Assembly: GCA_963924565.1 (NCBI GenBank)
Contig: OZ004613.1
Coordinates: 13,764,001-13,828,000, forward strand
Length of the DNA: 64,000 nucleotides
Direction of reading: 5' to 3'
Origin: Ascidiella aspersa
Lineage: Eukaryota
Position 1 is the first letter of the stretch. Every line of letters starts with the position of its first letter. Below, piece by piece: positions 61,401 through 64,000 of this stretch. The notes under the pieces are model-generated. The model did no database searches. It was not told the DNA's origin and was given only the letters and a program-made list of their open reading frames with translations. Position numbers and translations under genes: made by a program.

Positions 61401-63933
61401 GGAAATTGAAATTCTTTAAGCTCAAACATCACCCTGACGAAATAATTTTGTTGCCAAATTTCTACCAAGCCTGCAATTTAAAAATGGGTCTTCACCAAGC
61501 CTGCAATTTTAAAATGGGTCTAAGTCTCGAATCAAAAAGGGAGGTAAATTAATGTATGGAAGTGCTAAGAGATATAAAGGGCTCATTTTCAAAAAAAAAA
61601 TATTCCCTAAGCAGGATGGCGTTTAATCTGGCCTAACCTAATTCAAAACTTGGTTGTATTTGAAAGTTACTAATTGAATTAAGATAAACCACAATGCTAT
61701 TAATTAGTAAAGGTTGTTGGTCGAATGGTAAAAAAAATCACTCTATTAAAGTATTTTAAATGTATGTTTGGCCTCTCAGAAATAGTAACAAACTAATGTT
61801 TAAAAAATAATAATAATAACGCTCGGAACGAGAGTTCTTTCCAGCAGCATATATGAATGAGACGAAACTGGGCATCAAGGGGTTACGCTAGGGTTGTTCA
61901 AAACAACCCTTTTTTGTCAAATTCCAGTGGGGCTTCCCCTGGAATTGTTAGGTTGCGTCTAAAAACCCCACAAACCAAATCTAAACACTTTTGGTTCAGT
62001 ATTGACCGTGCTACGTCAATTCAAAAATTTACATTAACGCTAAAATTTTGGAAAAAAATAATTTCTCCTCCCACAGAAAAATTTTTTCTACTGTTGTGCA
62101 TTGCTTTGCAATTGAATAGCTATGAATCAAACTGTTTTTTTGAACAACAGGTTTTTTTTTAACAAGCCCCATGTTACGCTCTAGGTACAACTATAGGCAC
62201 TTTAGACGATCTAAAAGCAAACGCTTTACTACATGTGTAAGTATTGGGATTGCAGAGCCAAGAAAAGGCAATTGTTACCTGAGCCCTGGCGGTTGCGGCG
62301 TACACAGATGCCAGCTCGTTGTCCATCAGCTCGACCGCTACGTTGGCGACCGATCCCTCCTGTTCGACGTCGGTCACGCACTGACGCAAATCCTCCTGGA
62401 GGGAAGTCGCAAACCTGAACAAAAGCGCGTGTTTTTGTTGCTGTTTTCTTAATAAACCGCTGGGAGTGGCCAAAGGGTATTTCCACATGATCTTTGTTTT
62501 CACTGTAGAACTTTATTAATCAATTCAAGTAGAAGAAGATATAGTATGGTTTGACCCTGAAAAAATGCACTCCAACTCGAAAAAACGCAAAATTTGTTAC
62601 TTCAGTTTTCTTAAGTAAAATCATGAAATTCTCCTCGATTTTGTGAACTTAACATTATTTGGAAAAATAAGCTGGTTTGGTGGTTTTAGGCGATACTTAA
62701 TTATTATTATCCCCTTTTTTCATACAACACAAATAGCAGAAATGTTACAAATAAAAAACAAATAAAAACACGTAACACATTTCACAGACATAAAGCCAAT
62801 TTAAAACATAATTGTTCGGACCGCGCACGTCACACGCCATGACGTCATCGCCATTGCCATTGCCACTCACCTGTCCTCGACGCCGATGACTATGACGTGC
62901 GGCTTGCGTTTGGCGATGAACTTCTTGAGTCCTTCCATTTCGGCGGCCTTCTGCTCGGCTTCAGATTCGTTGGGCGAGTTCCGCCGGTAGCGCATGTATG
63001 GAAGGCGCAAGTAATCCACCACCTCGCCGTAGCCCGACACCACAGCGGCGAACGTGGCCGTGTTCCTGCGCCGACACGGATTAATTGGGGTTGGGATTGG
63101 AGCTCTCTCGCTATCGTTTACCAGTATTTTTAACCGTTTTTTACTGTTGGGCGCACCTATAGCGCTTTAAAAACTCAAGCGCGAATTTGTTTTTTGATAA
63201 AACCTGAATTTCTCCTAAATTGCAATTATTTATTACATAGGCTTCACATTTGCATATCTTGAAAGGGGAACTAGACGCATACCTAAGGCGCAACCAATCT
63301 CCAAAACGCGCTTTAGGCGGCTGAGTGTTGATTGGAAGATGCGTAGGTTGGATTTTATTGTAATGGATATTTTTTTAATTCAGGTAAAACGGTTTTAAAT
63401 TGCAGAAGTTTAAGAATATAAAAACACAATAGTTGACAAAATTAAATTAGTTGAAGAGTAGAAATGATTTATTCTTTGGACCAAAGGCATCGCGATCTGA
63501 TCAGATACCAAATGACATCATTAGTCATTACCCAGCTGAGCTCTAACAAGCAAATAGATAAAATTGTACCATTTTAAGGTAATTTAGATTAAGACGACAA
63601 AATTAGCTTTAGTGTCAGGAGATATAGTGACTTCAAGTTGTTAACCTAATCTTTTTTATTTTTTCACATCAGTTCTTCAACGAAACTATCATTTTGCACG
63701 TGATTCTACAATGAAAAACGGCATTTTTCGCTTGCAGGTTTCAAGGCCTTAGTTTATGGATTTAAATGAAAGCCGAAGCCCGAAATTAAATTCGTAACCG
63801 ACCTGTCTTCAGAGTACGATATCCCCATGACGACGGTTCCCAATCTCTCGCCCATCTCGGCATCTTCAAACTCCCTCTCCTCGACAAGGTAGGGAGCCAC
63901 CGACAGGTAGCTCCGCATCTTCAGGCCGCATTG
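43446..63933 (-). CDS. SUPT6H: Transcription elongation factor / histone chaperone SPT6, 5'-partial (944 aa in window); exons 63933-63803, 63065-62871, 62414-62279, 61157-61020, 59995-59828, 59210-59080, 58619-58412, 57571-57424, 57041-56893, 55811-55671, 51050-50855, 49759-49643, 48830-48709, 47013-46818, 45727-45575, 45195-45083, 44529-44321, 43629-43446
   Basis: 18 exons with GT-AG junctions join into one open frame. Motifs: YqgF ([15 protein letters not shown]), HhH ([38 protein letters not shown]), DLD ([21 protein letters not shown]), S1 ([18 protein letters not shown]), tandem SH2 ([56 protein letters not shown]) and C-terminal DWGRAAQEW. Stop TGA at 43448-43446. Confidence 0.97.
44532..44605. 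repeat. 36-bp tandem duplication covering an SPT6 polypyrimidine tract
   Basis: GAAAAAGGATAAATAGTGTGTTCATATCAAACGGTA followed by GAAAAAGGTTAAATAGTGTGTTCATATCATACGGTA. Confidence 0.9.
47000..47702 (-). repeat. Tandem repeat (unit 217-230 bp, three full copies plus a partial one) that includes the SPT6 3' splice site and the first ~13 exon nucleotides
   Basis: Units are registered by acceptor-adjacent bases at 47013, 47236, 47466 and 47683. Shared blocks TTTAAAATGAGCCGT and TAGATCGTAAAATGGATTTA. Older fragments at ~47998-48090 and 48287-48308. Confidence 0.92.
50529..50822. mobile_element. Non-autonomous hAT (Charlie-type) MITE, 294 bp
   Basis: TIRs CAGGGGTTCTTGAACT / AGTTTAAAAACCACTG. Perfect 8-bp TSD ATCTATGG at 50521-50528 and 50823-50830. 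Lies 32 nt from an SPT6 donor site. Confidence 0.9.
51081..51270. repeat. Two-copy degenerate duplication next to an SPT6 acceptor
   Basis: ACTTGTTG.TATTGCT..ACTTCA.CTAA and GCGTT.AAAGGTCAATTG...CAT.CAGGGTTG each occur twice in the same order. Confidence 0.7.
52640..53910 (+). pseudogene. Frameshifted fragment of an LDLa-repeat class A GPCR (GRL101/RXFP-like), nested antisense in SPT6 intron 51051-55670
   Basis: Cys-rich LDLa-like modules are spread over several frames: [65 protein letters not shown]. They are followed by TM2-like [12 protein letters not shown] (from 53731) and ECL1/TM3-like [23 protein letters not shown] (from 53816). Frameshifts near 52720, 52870, 52991, 53272 and 53815; stop at 53647-53649. 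Confidence 0.8.
54304..54776. mobile_element. Non-autonomous hAT (Charlie-type) MITE, 473 bp
   Basis: TIRs CAGTGATTCTCAACC / GGTTGAGAACCACTG (14/15). Perfect 8-bp TSD TTCTAAAG at 54296-54303 and 54777-54784. Repeated GCGGCTC subterminal motifs. Confidence 0.93.
56321..56860. repeat. Degenerate tandem repeat, about 3 copies of ~200 bp, in SPT6 intron
   Basis: CGTTCAGCGAT at 56419, 56613 and 56816. TTGTCGAT..GGTC, CCGATTCTAC, TCGGCAATCAA and AGTTGAAA recur in the same order. Confidence 0.8.
57659..58294. mobile_element. Degenerate hAT MITE in SPT6 intron
   Basis: Right end AGGTTGCCGACCCCTG, eroded left end TAGGGGCCGGCGTCC, and subterminal GGCGGGYCG motifs. No intact TSD. Confidence 0.55.
61464..61521. 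repeat. 30-bp tandem duplication
   Basis: ACCAAGCCTGCAATTT(A/T)AAAATGGGTCT at 61464 and 61494. Confidence 0.9.
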
Positions 63934-64000
63934 CTGCAACACAAAACAAAGAGCCTTGCGATCTTTCGGGGCATAGAACCGTTTTCAAAATCACACAAAA

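Noticed and set aside
61876-62103. Two short hairpins (AGGGTTGTT-CAA-AACAACCCT; AATTCCAG..CTGGAATT) resembling terminators
   Set aside because: Intronic eukaryotic context; probably an eroded MITE whose ends cannot be defined.
1-64000. Most 60-215 aa ORFs in the supplied track (e.g. 32970-33617, 28091-28600, 34055-34552, 16097-16534)
   Set aside because: Many start at GTG/TTG and show no recognisable domain or splice context. They are expected by chance in GC-rich non-coding blocks or are antisense shadows of real exons.

Overview
Eukaryotic, intron-rich invertebrate-chordate DNA, most likely a tunicate (inferred from the divergent BMP3, an LDLa-GPCR relic and hAT MITEs). Most short ORFs in the supplied track are noise. 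Three spliced genes can be rebuilt by hand with GT-AG junctions and consistent phases. (1) The last four coding exons of CFAP299/C4orf22 (+, 773-8042). (2) A complete 5-exon BMP3/GDF10-type TGF-beta ligand (+, 30047-40286, 683 aa), preceded by about 22 kb of gene-free DNA with many CpG-rich blocks. (3) The 3' 18 coding exons of SPT6/SUPT6H (-, 63933-43446), convergent with BMP3. SPT6 introns hold a frameshifted antisense LDLa-repeat GPCR pseudogene, hAT MITEs with perfect 8-bp TSDs, and a tandem array of duplicated 3' splice sites, each leading to an early stop. Main leads: CFAP299-BMP3 microsynteny shared with vertebrates, the SPT6 decoy-acceptor array, and a BMP3 with two polybasic tracts and a divergent type I receptor epitope. 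Gene identities come from my recall of family sequences; no database search was run.
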